Shown one piece after another: positions 1 to 8,496 of a DNA stretch of 64,000 nt. The translations under genes and the position numbers were made by a program. Origin of the DNA: Actinomycetes bacterium (lineage in GTDB: Bacteria; Actinomycetota; CALGFH01); NCBI GenBank assembly GCA_030146615.1, contig JASLBL010000239.1, positions 758-64,757 of the forward strand, written 5' to 3'. Positions within the stretch are counted from its first letter, which is position 1. The number at the start of each line of letters is the position of its first letter. The notes below the pieces were generated by a model. That model was not told the DNA's origin, did not search any database, and was given only the letters and a program-made list of their open reading frames with translations.

Positions 1-120
1 GGCGCGCCGCAGTTCGGCCTGGAGCTGCTCGTCCAGGGCGTTGCGCCGCTCGGGGCGCGCCATCTCCACCACCACGACGCCGTGCGCGGTGCGCATCTGG
101 ACCGCCGGATGCTCGCTCAC
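1..120 (-). CDS. enoyl-CoA hydratase/isomerase (crotonase) family, N-terminal 40 aa only (runs off window)
   Basis: Minus-strand translation MSEHPAVQMRTAHGVVVVEMARPERRNALDEQLQAELRRA carries the crotonase N-terminal signature (ITLNRPE-x-NAL). GTG start overlaps the upstream TGA (GTGA). Confidence 0.6.
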   Translation of the reverse strand, partial: MSEHPAVQMRTAHGVVVVEMARPERRNALDEQLQAELRRA

Positions 121-251
121 GTCGGGCCGCGCCTGCGGATCCGCTCGAAGGGGCTCTTGCAGGCGGTGCAGATCCACTGGGAGGTCATGACCGTCGGTCC
201 GACCTCGCCGACCCGCTCGACCTGGTCGGAGCCGCACCACGGGCAGCTCAC
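117..251 (-). CDS. 44-aa zinc-ribbon protein corresponding to the C-terminal Cys4 domain of PaaD (CPWCGS...CTACKSPFE)
   Basis: C-terminal frame of track ORF 117..893. GTG start at 249-251 overlaps the paaC TGA (GTGA). Four Cys in CxxC...CxxC spacing, like the C-terminus of E. coli PaaD recalled from memory. Confidence 0.5.
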   Translation of the reverse strand: MSCPWCGSDQVERVGEVGPTVMTSQWICTACKSPFERIRRRGPT

Positions 252-1021
252 GTGGTCGCTGGCCGGGGGTCCAGCCGGCGTTGCAGGTGGTTCCATCGCT
301 CCCATGGCAGTCGAGGTTCCTCCGATCGTTCGAGGCGCAGCCGGACGCCGACTTCCTCGAGGACGGGACCGACCCGATCCAGGTAGGCCCGGCGCAGCTC
401 GCTGTTGCCGCGCCCGAGCAGCCCTTGGCCGCGCAGCGTCTCCACCCCGCGCTCGCCGGGCGGACCGAACCAGCAGAGCAGCTCCTCCAGGTACTCGTCC
501 ACGCGTGCCTGCAGCTCCCCGAGGCCGCCGGGCAGCCGGGCCAGCTCGCGGACGCGGCCGTCGGCGAAGTCCCAGTGGAAGGCCTCCTCCTCCTCCAGCA
601 TCCGTGGCACGCGCCTGGCCAGCGCCTCGTAGGGCCCGCCGACCAGCGCCTTCAGCATGGTGGTGACGGCGCCGTCGACCAGCAGCAGCGCGGCCACCGC
701 ATGCGACCAGGTCGGGAACGACCGGTCGAGCAGCGACACCCGGTAGGTCCGCTCGCGTTCCAGCGGGTCGACCGGGCCGGGAAAGGGGAGCTCCTCCAGC
801 AGCGGGTACAGCACCCGGGCCTGGCCGAGCTCGCCCTGCGCGATCGCGGCGCAGGCCACCGCCACCTCCAGGGTCGGCGCGCCGACCGCCCACTCCGACA
901 GGTGCCGCCCCAGCCAGTACTTGTTGTCGGCCAGGACGACCAGCAGGTTCACCAGGGCGGCCAGGGCCTCGTCGTCGTCGGTCACCCAGGCGGTCGCCTG
1001 CCCCGGTCGCACCTCAGCCAT
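248..1021 (-). CDS. paaC: 1,2-phenylacetyl-CoA epoxidase subunit C (PaaC-like)
   Basis: 257-aa ORF; LGRHLSEWAVGAPTLEV...GELGQARVLY motifs match PaaC. Sits in the paaA-B-C context. True start may be an internal GTG around 985. Confidence 0.8.
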   Translation of the reverse strand: MAEVRPGQATAWVTDDDEALAALVNLLVVLADNKYWLGRHLSEWAVGAPTLEVAVACAAIAQGELGQARVLYPLLEELPFPGPVDPLERERTYRVSLLDRSFPTWSHAVAALLLVDGAVTTMLKALVGGPYEALARRVPRMLEEEEAFHWDFADGRVRELARLPGGLGELQARVDEYLEELLCWFGPPGERGVETLRGQGLLGRGNSELRRAYLDRVGPVLEEVGVRLRLERSEEPRLPWERWNHLQRRLDPRPATT

Positions 1022-1439
1022 CGCCGGCCTCCGGTTTGACTTGGGGCTCCGGGCCGAGGATCCAGTGGATCGCGCGCTCCGGGATCAGGACCAGCTCCAC
1101 CCACCGGCGGCGGCCGTGGCGCTCTAGCGCCGCCGTGGCCGCGGCGGCGTCGTCGGCGGCGCGCAGCGTCCCCTGGAACTCCAGCGGCTCCGGGTAGTTG
1201 GTGCGGCCGAACACGCGGTATCGCTCCACCGGCCGCTCCTATTCGGGGGCGACGACCGGGACGACGGCCGCGCGCGGCACGACGAACAGCTCCTGCCAGC
1301 GGCGCTCGTCGTACATCATGAAGGCGAAGACCCGGGCGTCCTTGGGCCCGACCGCCCGCACCGTCCCCACGTGGTGGGCCCGTTCCTCGCGGTCGTGGCG
1401 CGCGTAGACCTCCCAGACCTCCAGCCCGGTGTCCTCCAT
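1014..1439 (-). pseudogene. paaB: PaaB-like epoxidase subunit B interrupted by an in-frame TAG at 1239-1241, with an unusual ~50-aa C-terminal extension
   Basis: Track ORFs 1239..1439 and 1014..1229 are in the same frame, separated only by TAG. EVWEVYARHDREERAHHVGTV...RRWQELFVVP and ERYRVFGRTNYPEP align to the N- and C-terminal halves of PaaB (E. coli sequence recalled from memory). Confidence 0.65.
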
Positions 1440-1443
1440 CCGC

Positions 1444-1749
1444 CTACGTCACCCCCAGGGCGAGCAGCGCCAGGCGGCCGTCCTCGGTCATGTCCTCGCG
1501 GCTCCACGCCTCGAAGACCTCCTCCACCTCGACGTGGGCGACGCCGTTCAGCCGGCGCAGGCGCGCCTCGACGTCCTCGCGGAGCACGTCGGTGCAGGGG
1601 CAGGCGATCGAGGTGAAGGTGAGCCCGACGGTGACCCGGTCCCCCTCGACCGCGATCGACCGGACCAGCCCCAGGTCGACGATGCCGATCGGCAGCTCGG
1701 GGTCGGTGACCCCGGCGAGGGCCGCGCGGACGTCGTCGACCGAGACCAT
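1444..1749 (-). CDS. DUF59/MIP18-type protein corresponding to the N-terminal domain of PaaD
   Basis: MVSVDDV...LPIGIVDLGLVRSIAVEGDRVTVGLTFTSIACPC matches the DUF59 fold. ATG sits 2 nt after the paaA stop. Lacks the Cys4 tail, which is encoded separately at 117..251. Confidence 0.7.
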   Translation of the reverse strand: MVSVDDVRAALAGVTDPELPIGIVDLGLVRSIAVEGDRVTVGLTFTSIACPCTDVLREDVEARLRRLNGVAHVEVEEVFEAWSREDMTEDGRLALLALGVT

Positions 1750-1751
1750 GG

Positions 1752-2684
1752 TCAGGCCGACAGCCGTTGCAGCTGGCGGTGGCCGCGCTGGATCAGGCCG
1801 ACGAACTCCTCGTTGCAGGGCCCGCGCCGCCGCCAGCGCGCCAGCACGTCGTCCCAGGAGATCGCGCCCCCCTCCAGGTCCCAACGCTTGGCGTGCTCGT
1901 CGAAGCGCATCGGGAAGGGGCAGTCGATCACGTACTGGCCGCTTGCCCGGTCCAGGTGGGCGGGGACCGCGAAGCCGAGCCGCTCGCACAGCGGCACCGT
2001 GGCCGCCATCCACGTCTGGCGGAGCTGGTCGTTGGTCAACCCCTTGAGCTGGTAGCTGACCTGCTCGCCGTGGCGCTTGAGGTCGTCGGGCAGCCCGAAC
2101 CACTCCAGGGTGAGGACGAACATCCAGTCGACGGCGAGCTGCACGGCGGCCTTCCGGTCGGGGTCCTCGGCCAGGATCTTCATCCAGCGCTCCCCGTGGC
2201 GCAGGTGGAAGGTCTCCTCCCGGTCGACCTTGACCAGCGCCCGCTTCCACGGCCCATAGCTGGTGTTCTGGTAGATGTCGCTGAGCAGCACGAAGCCGGC
2301 GCGGTCGTAGAAGGCGTTGGCGACCACCAGCTCCTCCCAGCGGTCCAGGGGCACGTCGAACGCATACGGGTACTTGAACGCCCTCGGCTCGCGCTCGTAG
2401 ACGAGCTGGTCGGTGTCGACGCCCAGGTCGCGCAGCATCCGGTAGGCGATGTGGGCGTGGCCGAGCTCGTCCTGGATGATGCTCACGGCCGACATGTAGG
2501 AGTTGATCGACGGGGCGTCCCTGGCCGCTCGCAGGTAGGCGGGCGCGCTGATCAGCTCGGTGTCGGCCGACACGATCAGGGTGCGCTTGAGCCCCTCCAC
2601 GTAGGCCTCGGTGGCGGTGTCCAGCCCTTCGATGAGCCTGCCTGTCCTCAGGCGCTCGAGCAGTTCAGCCTCGGTCTTCAGCAT
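1752..2684 (-). CDS. paaA: 1,2-phenylacetyl-CoA epoxidase catalytic subunit A (PaaA-like diiron oxygenase)
   Basis: 310 aa; ELGHAHIAYRMLRDLG...EETFHLRHGERW diiron-carboxylate motifs typical of PaaA. SD GGAGGAG upstream. Confidence 0.9.
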   Translation of the reverse strand: MLKTEAELLERLRTGRLIEGLDTATEAYVEGLKRTLIVSADTELISAPAYLRAARDAPSINSYMSAVSIIQDELGHAHIAYRMLRDLGVDTDQLVYEREPRAFKYPYAFDVPLDRWEELVVANAFYDRAGFVLLSDIYQNTSYGPWKRALVKVDREETFHLRHGERWMKILAEDPDRKAAVQLAVDWMFVLTLEWFGLPDDLKRHGEQVSYQLKGLTNDQLRQTWMAATVPLCERLGFAVPAHLDRASGQYVIDCPFPMRFDEHAKRWDLEGGAISWDDVLARWRRRGPCNEEFVGLIQRGHRQLQRLSA

Positions 2685-2738
2685 GCTCGCTCCTCCGGCC
2701 GACCCTGGACGCCCCCATCATGGCCTCGATCTGACCGG

Positions 2739-3605
2739 TCAGTCAACCTGCGGTGGGTCGAGGCCGCGGTAGACCTTGCGGGCGTTGCCGGCCAGCACCC
2801 CCGGCAGGTCCTCCTGGTCGATGTCGAGCTTGGCGACCGCCCGCGCGTTGGCGGCGATGCCGGGCGTGCCTGGCCAGTCGCTGCCGAAGATGAACTTGCG
2901 GGCCAGGCGGCGCAGACCGGGACGGGCATAGTAGTCGGGCAGCCGCTGCGGCGGCAGCCCCGACAGCTCGATCCAGACGTTCTCGCGGGCCAGGGCCAGG
3001 AACGCGGCCGCCTCGTACCACCAGCCCCGCCCGCCGTGGGCCAGCACCACCTTCAGGCCGGGGACGTGCTGCAGCACCTCGTCGATCGGAGCCGGGTCGC
3101 CGTAGCGGTTGACCGCACCCGGGAAGGTGCTGGTGCCGCAGTGGAAGACCACGGGAACGCCCAGCTCGGCACAGCGCCGGTAAACCAGGTAGAGCGCGCC
3201 CTCGGTGGGCGAGAAGCCGCCGTGCACCGGGTGCAGCTTGACCGCCACCGCGCCCAGGGCCAGCTGGCGCTCCAGCTCCTCGGCGATCGGGTGGTGGAGG
3301 TGGGGGTTGAGGTTGGCGATCAGGCGGAACCGCCGCGGGTTGTACTCCAGCAGCGGCAGCAGGTCCTCGACCGGCTGGATGCCAGTCACCTTCGGGCTGT
3401 ACTCGCTCATCAGCAGGGCCACGTCGACGCCCTCGGCCTCCAGGAAGGCGTCGAAGCGGTCGGGGCGGATCGCTCCCTCCTGGTCGTACAGCTCGCCCAG
3501 CGCGTCGGCGTCGGCAAACGGCGCCCAGGCGGACCGGGACAGCTTCAGCGTCGGCAGCCGGGCCACGTGCAGGTGCACGTCGATCAGGGGCAGGCCGTCG
3601 ATCAT
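2739..3605 (-). CDS. amidohydrolase-2 family metal-dependent hydrolase
   Basis: Starts MIDGLPLIDVHLHV (HxH metal motif); 288 aa. ATG overlaps the upstream ligase TGA (ATGA). The track ORF is extended upstream by a spurious frame. Confidence 0.7.
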   Translation of the reverse strand: MIDGLPLIDVHLHVARLPTLKLSRSAWAPFADADALGELYDQEGAIRPDRFDAFLEAEGVDVALLMSEYSPKVTGIQPVEDLLPLLEYNPRRFRLIANLNPHLHHPIAEELERQLALGAVAVKLHPVHGGFSPTEGALYLVYRRCAELGVPVVFHCGTSTFPGAVNRYGDPAPIDEVLQHVPGLKVVLAHGGRGWWYEAAAFLALARENVWIELSGLPPQRLPDYYARPGLRRLARKFIFGSDWPGTPGIAANARAVAKLDIDQEDLPGVLAGNARKVYRGLDPPQVD

Positions 3606-5179
3606 CGGCCGGCCCCCGCGGGGGCCTCGCGCAGCTTGAAGCGCTGGATCTTCCCGGTGGTGGTCTTGGGGAGCTCGTCGACGTACTCGACGATGTGCGG
3701 GTACTCGTAGCGCTGCAGCCGCTGCTTGCACCACTCCTGCAGTTCGGGGGTGAGCTGCTCGCGGTCCGCGCGGCTGGTCACCACCACCGCCTTGATCCTG
3801 GTGAGCCCGTCGGCCAGGACCTGGACGACCGCGCACTCGTCGACCGCGTCATGCTCGCCCAGTGCCTGCTCCATCTCGACCGGCGAGACCCAGTTGCCAC
3901 CCACCTTGAGCATGTCGTCGGCGCGGCCCTGGTGCCACCAGAAGCCGTCGGCGTCCTGCCGGTAGCGGTCGCCGGTGTAGATCCAGTCGCCCAGCACGGT
4001 CTGCTTGGTCTTCTCGTGCTGCCGCCAGTAGTAGGCGAGGGCGCTGTCGCCCCGGACGTAGAGGTTGCCGGTCTCGCCTGGCGGGGTACTGGCGAGCTGC
4101 TCGTCGAGCAGCTTCAGCTCGTAGCCGGGGACGGGCTTGCCGCTGGACCCGGGCCGCAGCTCGGTTGGGGTGTTGGAGCAGAAGATGTGGAGCATCTCGG
4201 TGGAGCCGATGCCGTCGAGGATGGCCAGACCGTAGGTGTCGTGCCAGCGCCGCCAGATGTCGGCCGGCAGCGACTCGGCGGCCGAGACGCACACCCGCAC
4301 CGACGACAGGTCGCGCCGCTCGGCCCCCGGGCTGCGCAGCATGGCGTTGTACAGCGTCGGCACCGAGAAGAGCAGCGTCGGCCGGAGGCGCTCGACCGCC
4401 TCGAAGACCCGGTCGGGGATCGGGCGGCCGCGGAGCTGTACCGCCGTGGCGCCCACCCAGAAGGGGAACGAGAGGCTGTTGCCGAACCCGTAGGCGTGGA
4501 ACAGCTTGGTGGTGGACAGGCAGACGTCGTCCTCGCGGATACCGAGCACCTGGGTGGCGTACGTCTGGCAGGTGTAGGGAAGGTCGTGCTGGAGGTGGAC
4601 GACCCCCTTGGGCCTGCCGGTGGACCCGGAGCTGTACAGCCAGAACGCCGGGTCGTCGCGGTGGGTGTTGGCCGGGGCGAGCTCGCCGGCGTGCTCGGCG
4701 AGCAGCTCAGCGAAGCTGCGGGCTCCCTCGGCGGCCCCGCCGACGACGATCAGCTCGATCCGCTCGGAGTGGGCGGCCAGCGCCTCACGGACCTTGTCAA
4801 GCAGCTCCAGGTCGACGATCACGGCCCGGGCGTCGCTGTCGGCCAGCAGGTAGCCGTAGTCGTCGGGCTTGAACAGGGGGTTGAGCGGAACCGGGACCAT
4901 CCCGGCGCGGACAGCCCCCAGGAACGCGGCCGGGAACGCCGGACCGTCGTCGAGCACCAGCAGCACGCGCTGCTCGCGCTGCACCCCGAGCGCGCGGAGG
5001 GCCCGCCCGGCGGCGCAGGCGTCGTCGAACAGCCGCTGGTAGGTGGCCTCGCCGGCGGCGCCGCGGAGCGCGACCTTGGCGCCGCGGCCGCCCTCCAGGT
5101 TGCTGTCCAGGATTGTGCTGACGTTGTAGCGGTCCGGCAGGGCGGGGATCGTGGACTGGGACACCGTCGGGACCGTCAT
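3602..5179 (-). CDS. aryl-CoA ligase, benzoate-CoA ligase family (AMP-binding superfamily)
   Basis: 525 aa; AMP-binding motifs YSSGSTGRPKGV, YGSTE-like, GDRYRQDADGFWWHQGRADDMLKVGG, PKTTTGKIQR. The length and motifs fit BclA/BadA-type ligases rather than PaaK. Confidence 0.8.
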   Translation of the reverse strand: MTVPTVSQSTIPALPDRYNVSTILDSNLEGGRGAKVALRGAAGEATYQRLFDDACAAGRALRALGVQREQRVLLVLDDGPAFPAAFLGAVRAGMVPVPLNPLFKPDDYGYLLADSDARAVIVDLELLDKVREALAAHSERIELIVVGGAAEGARSFAELLAEHAGELAPANTHRDDPAFWLYSSGSTGRPKGVVHLQHDLPYTCQTYATQVLGIREDDVCLSTTKLFHAYGFGNSLSFPFWVGATAVQLRGRPIPDRVFEAVERLRPTLLFSVPTLYNAMLRSPGAERRDLSSVRVCVSAAESLPADIWRRWHDTYGLAILDGIGSTEMLHIFCSNTPTELRPGSSGKPVPGYELKLLDEQLASTPPGETGNLYVRGDSALAYYWRQHEKTKQTVLGDWIYTGDRYRQDADGFWWHQGRADDMLKVGGNWVSPVEMEQALGEHDAVDECAVVQVLADGLTRIKAVVVTSRADREQLTPELQEWCKQRLQRYEYPHIVEYVDELPKTTTGKIQRFKLREAPAGAGR

Positions 5180-5200
5180 CTTCTTCGCCTCACCCCGGGA

Positions 5201-6634
5201 TCAGTGCTTGACGACCAGCGACTTGGTCTCCTGGTAGTAGTCGAGCGCCTCGACGCCGTGCTCCTTGCCGAAGCCGCTCTGCTTGGTGCCGCCGAACGGC
5301 AGCTCGTCGTACACCTTGTTGGTGGCGTTGACCCAGGTGTAGCCGGCCTCCAGCCGCTCGGCGGCCAGCGACGCCCGGTGCAGGTCGCGGGTCCAGATCG
5401 CCGAGCCGAGCCCGTAGGGCGAGGCGTTGGCCCGCCCGATGGCCTCGTCGAGGTCGGCCACCCGCCAGATCGGCAGGGCCGGGCCGAAGGTCTCCTCAAG
5501 CGCCACCCGCGAGTCGGCCGGTGGCTCCAGCAGCAGGGTGGGCTCGTAGAACCAGCCGCGGTCGTACGCCTCCCCCCGCGGTCGGGCGGCGCCGTGCAGC
5601 ACCTTGGCGCCGCGGTCGACCGCGTCGGCGACCTGCTCCTCGATCCGCGCCCGCTGCCGTTCGGTGTGCAGCGGCCCCATCAGCACCCCGTCCGCGGTCC
5701 CTGGGCCGATGCGGAGCTTGGCCGCCTTGCCGACCAGCTTGTCGACCACCTCGTCGGCGACCCGCTCGAAGACGAACAGTCGCTTGGTGGCAAGGCACGC
5801 CTGGCCGCAGTTGAAGAAGCGCCCGACGCTGGCGGCGCTGACGGCGCGGTCGAGGTCGGCGTCGTCGCAGATGATCATCGGGTCGGAGCCGCCCAGTTCC
5901 AGCGTGACCCGCTTGAGGTGCTCGGCGGCGGCCGCCATCGTCTGCTTGCCGACCGCGGTGGAGCCGGTGAAGGCGACCTTGCGGACCAGTGGGTGGCGGA
6001 CCAGGGCGGCGCCGGCGACCGGGCCGGTGCCGGGCACGACGTTGAACACCCCGGCGGGGATGCCGCCCTGGTGGAGCAGCTCCGCCAGGCGCAGCGTGGT
6101 CAGCGGCGTGGTCTCGGCGGGCTTGGCGACCACCGTGTTGCCGGTCACAATCGCCGGGCCGAGCTTGTTGGCCAGCAGGGTGGTGGGGAAGTTCCAGGGC
6201 ACGATCGCCCCGACCACCCCCAGGGGGCGGCGCAGCACCACCCCATAGGTGCCCTCGTCCAGGTTGGGGACGTAGCCGCCGCGCAGGTTCTTGGCCAGGC
6301 CCGCGTAGTGGTCCAGCGTCTCCAGGCAGCGGTCGACCTCCAGTCGCGCCTCGCGCACCGGCTTGCCCTGCTCCTGGGTGAGCTGCCTGGCGAGCTCCTC
6401 GAGATGGCTCCGCACGTGCGCGGTGGCCTCGTGCAACAGCGCGCCGCGCCGGGCGGCCGCGGTCTGCCACCATTCCGGGAAGGCCAGCTGCGCGGCGCGC
6501 ACCGCGGCGTCGACGTCGGCGGCCGTGCCGGCCGCGACCGTCTCGACCAGCTCGCCGGTCGCCGGGTCACGGACCTCGAGCCGGTCGGATCCGGAGCTCT
6601 CGCGGAAGCGGCCGTCCACGAACATCTGCCTCAT
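5201..6634 (-). CDS. NAD(P)-dependent aldehyde dehydrogenase (paralog 1)
   Basis: Motifs VAKPAETTPLT, ELGGSDP, FFNCGQAC (catalytic Cys). ATG at ~6632-6634 overlaps the upstream paaI TGA. Confidence 0.85.
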   Translation of the reverse strand: MRQMFVDGRFRESSGSDRLEVRDPATGELVETVAAGTAADVDAAVRAAQLAFPEWWQTAAARRGALLHEATAHVRSHLEELARQLTQEQGKPVREARLEVDRCLETLDHYAGLAKNLRGGYVPNLDEGTYGVVLRRPLGVVGAIVPWNFPTTLLANKLGPAIVTGNTVVAKPAETTPLTTLRLAELLHQGGIPAGVFNVVPGTGPVAGAALVRHPLVRKVAFTGSTAVGKQTMAAAAEHLKRVTLELGGSDPMIICDDADLDRAVSAASVGRFFNCGQACLATKRLFVFERVADEVVDKLVGKAAKLRIGPGTADGVLMGPLHTERQRARIEEQVADAVDRGAKVLHGAARPRGEAYDRGWFYEPTLLLEPPADSRVALEETFGPALPIWRVADLDEAIGRANASPYGLGSAIWTRDLHRASLAAERLEAGYTWVNATNKVYDELPFGGTKQSGFGKEHGVEALDYYQETKSLVVKH

Positions 6635-7053
6635 GTGCTCCTCCGTCCCTCCGGATGGCCGGCGACGTGCCACAACCGGACCTGGCCGCTGGCGACCAGC
6701 GCGTCGTCGCCGGCGCGGCGTACCTCCGCCGACCAGAGCTGCTCGCGCTCGCCGACGTGCTCGGGCCGGGAGCGGGTCTGCAGCCGGCCGGAGGTGTGGG
6801 CCAGCAGGGTTTCGGTGGCGTTGGCCACGCCGACCACCTGCAGGCCCCGGTCGCTCACCGCCAGCGAGGCGCCGACGCTGGCCGTGGTCTCCACCAGCGA
6901 GGCGTAGACGCCATGATGGACGTCGCCGGCCGGGCCGAGGTGCCGGTCGTCGGGTTCGAGCTCGGCGACCACCTCCTCGGCGGTCGCCGACAGCAGCTGG
7001 ACGCCGAGCCGGGCGGCGAAGCCGGGCAGCTGGAGCCGGTCAGGTTCCTTCAT
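6631..7053 (-). CDS. PaaI-like hotdog-fold acyl-CoA thioesterase
   Basis: 140 aa; HGGVYASLVETTASVGA motif of PaaI/4HBT-type thioesterases. Confidence 0.7.
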   Translation of the reverse strand: MKEPDRLQLPGFAARLGVQLLSATAEEVVAELEPDDRHLGPAGDVHHGVYASLVETTASVGASLAVSDRGLQVVGVANATETLLAHTSGRLQTRSRPEHVGEREQLWSAEVRRAGDDALVASGQVRLWHVAGHPEGRRST

Positions 7054-7685
7054 GGCGCCCGGCTCCGGTCGATCCCCAGGAGCCGCACCAGGCTGGCGTG
7101 GCAGAGCGCCTTGAAGCGTGGGTGGGACTCCCGCCAGTCGTCCCGTGGGAGCCAGGCCAGGAAGGTGCCGTCGATGAGAGCCCGCATGGCGGCAGCGGCC
7201 TCCGCGGGATCCTCCACCGCCAGGCCGCCTCGCGCCACGCCGTCGCGGATCACCTCCTCGTACAGGCCGTTGATGATCTCCGTGGCGAGGCTGGAGAGCT
7301 GGCCGAACGACGGCACCCTGGCGGCGTGCTCGATGAGGTCGATGTAGAGCAGGTAGAAGTGGCGGTTGCGCTCGGCGTCGATGAAGATGGCATCGATCAG
7401 CGCGGCGATCACCTGGTGCGGGTCGTCGGTGCCGGCGATCCGTTCGCGGATGCGGACGCCGGTCCGCTCCAGGGCGTAGCGCATGGTTGTGAGGAACAGG
7501 TTCTCCTTGGTCTTGAAGTAGTAGAGGACCATGCCCTTGCTGACGCCCGCCTCGTTGGCAACGTCCTGCAGGGACAGTCGATGGCTGCCCTGGCGGGAGA
7601 TCACCCGGTAGGCACTGCGGAGCAGCGCCTGGGCACGGGGTGACAGCTCCGTGGGGTCCTCGACCGCGACCTGCGTGCGTGCCAT
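7050..7685 (-). CDS. TetR-family transcriptional regulator (PaaR-like position)
   Basis: N-terminal HTH LSLQDVANEAGVSKGMVLYYFKTKENLF is the TetR signature; 211 aa. Confidence 0.85.
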   Translation of the reverse strand: MARTQVAVEDPTELSPRAQALLRSAYRVISRQGSHRLSLQDVANEAGVSKGMVLYYFKTKENLFLTTMRYALERTGVRIRERIAGTDDPHQVIAALIDAIFIDAERNRHFYLLYIDLIEHAARVPSFGQLSSLATEIINGLYEEVIRDGVARGGLAVEDPAEAAAAMRALIDGTFLAWLPRDDWRESHPRFKALCHASLVRLLGIDRSRAP

Positions 7686-7695
7686 GCCGTCCTCC

Positions 7696-8493
7696 TCAGC
7701 GGCCGGCGTACTTGGGCGGCCGCTTCTCGGTGAACGCCATCATGCCCTCGCGGGCGTCCTCGGTGGCGAACAGGGACGCCAGCTCCTCCAGCTCCCGGTC
7801 AAGGGCGTCGTCCAGGGGTCGCTCCAGCCCGTCGTTGACCACCCGGGTGATGGCGGCCACGGCCAGCGGGGCCCCGGCGGCCAGGCCGGCCGCCAGGTCG
7901 GCCACGACCGTGTCGAACTCGCTCGCCGGGACCAGCCGGTCGACCATGCCCAGGCGCTCGGCCTCGGCCGGGGCGACGGTCCGGCCGGTGGTCATCAGCT
8001 CGAGGGCCCGGCCGCGGCCGATCAGCCGGGGCAGCCGCTGGGTGCCGCCGGTGCCGGGCAGCAGCCCGAGCGTGACCTCGGGCAGCCCGATCCGGTAGCG
8101 GCCCTCGGCGGCGATGCGGACGTCGCAGGCCAGGGCGATCTCGTAGCCACCGCCGAGGGCGTGGCCGGCGATGGCCGCGATGAACAGCGGCGCCTCGTCG
8201 GCGAAGCGGTCGAACACCTGGTGGGCGCGGCGGACCATCGCCAGGTTCTCGTCGGCCGACCGCTCCAGGAACCCCTTGACGTCCGCGCCGGCGGAGAAGA
8301 ACTTCTCGCTCGCCGACCTGACCACCCCGACCACCACGCCGGCGGCGGCGACCCGGCCGATCGCCTCGTCCAGCTCCTCCAGGAAGGCCGGGTCGTAGCT
8401 GTTGGCGGGCGGGCGGTCCAGCGTGATCCAGCCGACCCCGTCCTCGACGTTGGCAGTCACCGACATCGCTGCTCCTCCCATCCGCTGGCCCAT
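7696..8493 (-). CDS. enoyl-CoA hydratase/isomerase (crotonase) family
   Basis: 265 aa; GWITLDRPPANSYDPAFLEELDEAI...FFSAGADVKG crotonase motifs. Confidence 0.85.
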   Translation of the reverse strand: MGQRMGGAAMSVTANVEDGVGWITLDRPPANSYDPAFLEELDEAIGRVAAAGVVVGVVRSASEKFFSAGADVKGFLERSADENLAMVRRAHQVFDRFADEAPLFIAAIAGHALGGGYEIALACDVRIAAEGRYRIGLPEVTLGLLPGTGGTQRLPRLIGRGRALELMTTGRTVAPAEAERLGMVDRLVPASEFDTVVADLAAGLAAGAPLAVAAITRVVNDGLERPLDDALDRELEELASLFATEDAREGMMAFTEKRPPKYAGR

Positions 8494-8496
8494 TCC

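Noticed and set aside
82-1039. Track ORFs 82..666(+), 117..893(-), 281..1039(+), 405..632(+) overlapping paaC
   Set aside because: Out-of-context Arg/Pro/Ala-rich translations typical of alternative frames in 70% GC DNA. Only the last 44 codons of 117..893 (the zinc ribbon) look real, and they are annotated separately.
1767-3710. 647-aa plus-strand ORF antisense to paaA/amidohydrolase
   Set aside because: Antisense to two well-supported genes; low-complexity composition.
3695-6907. 1070-aa plus-strand ORF
   Set aside because: Antisense to the aryl-CoA ligase and ALDH. Gly/Ala/Arg-rich with no motifs. A GC-skew frame artefact.
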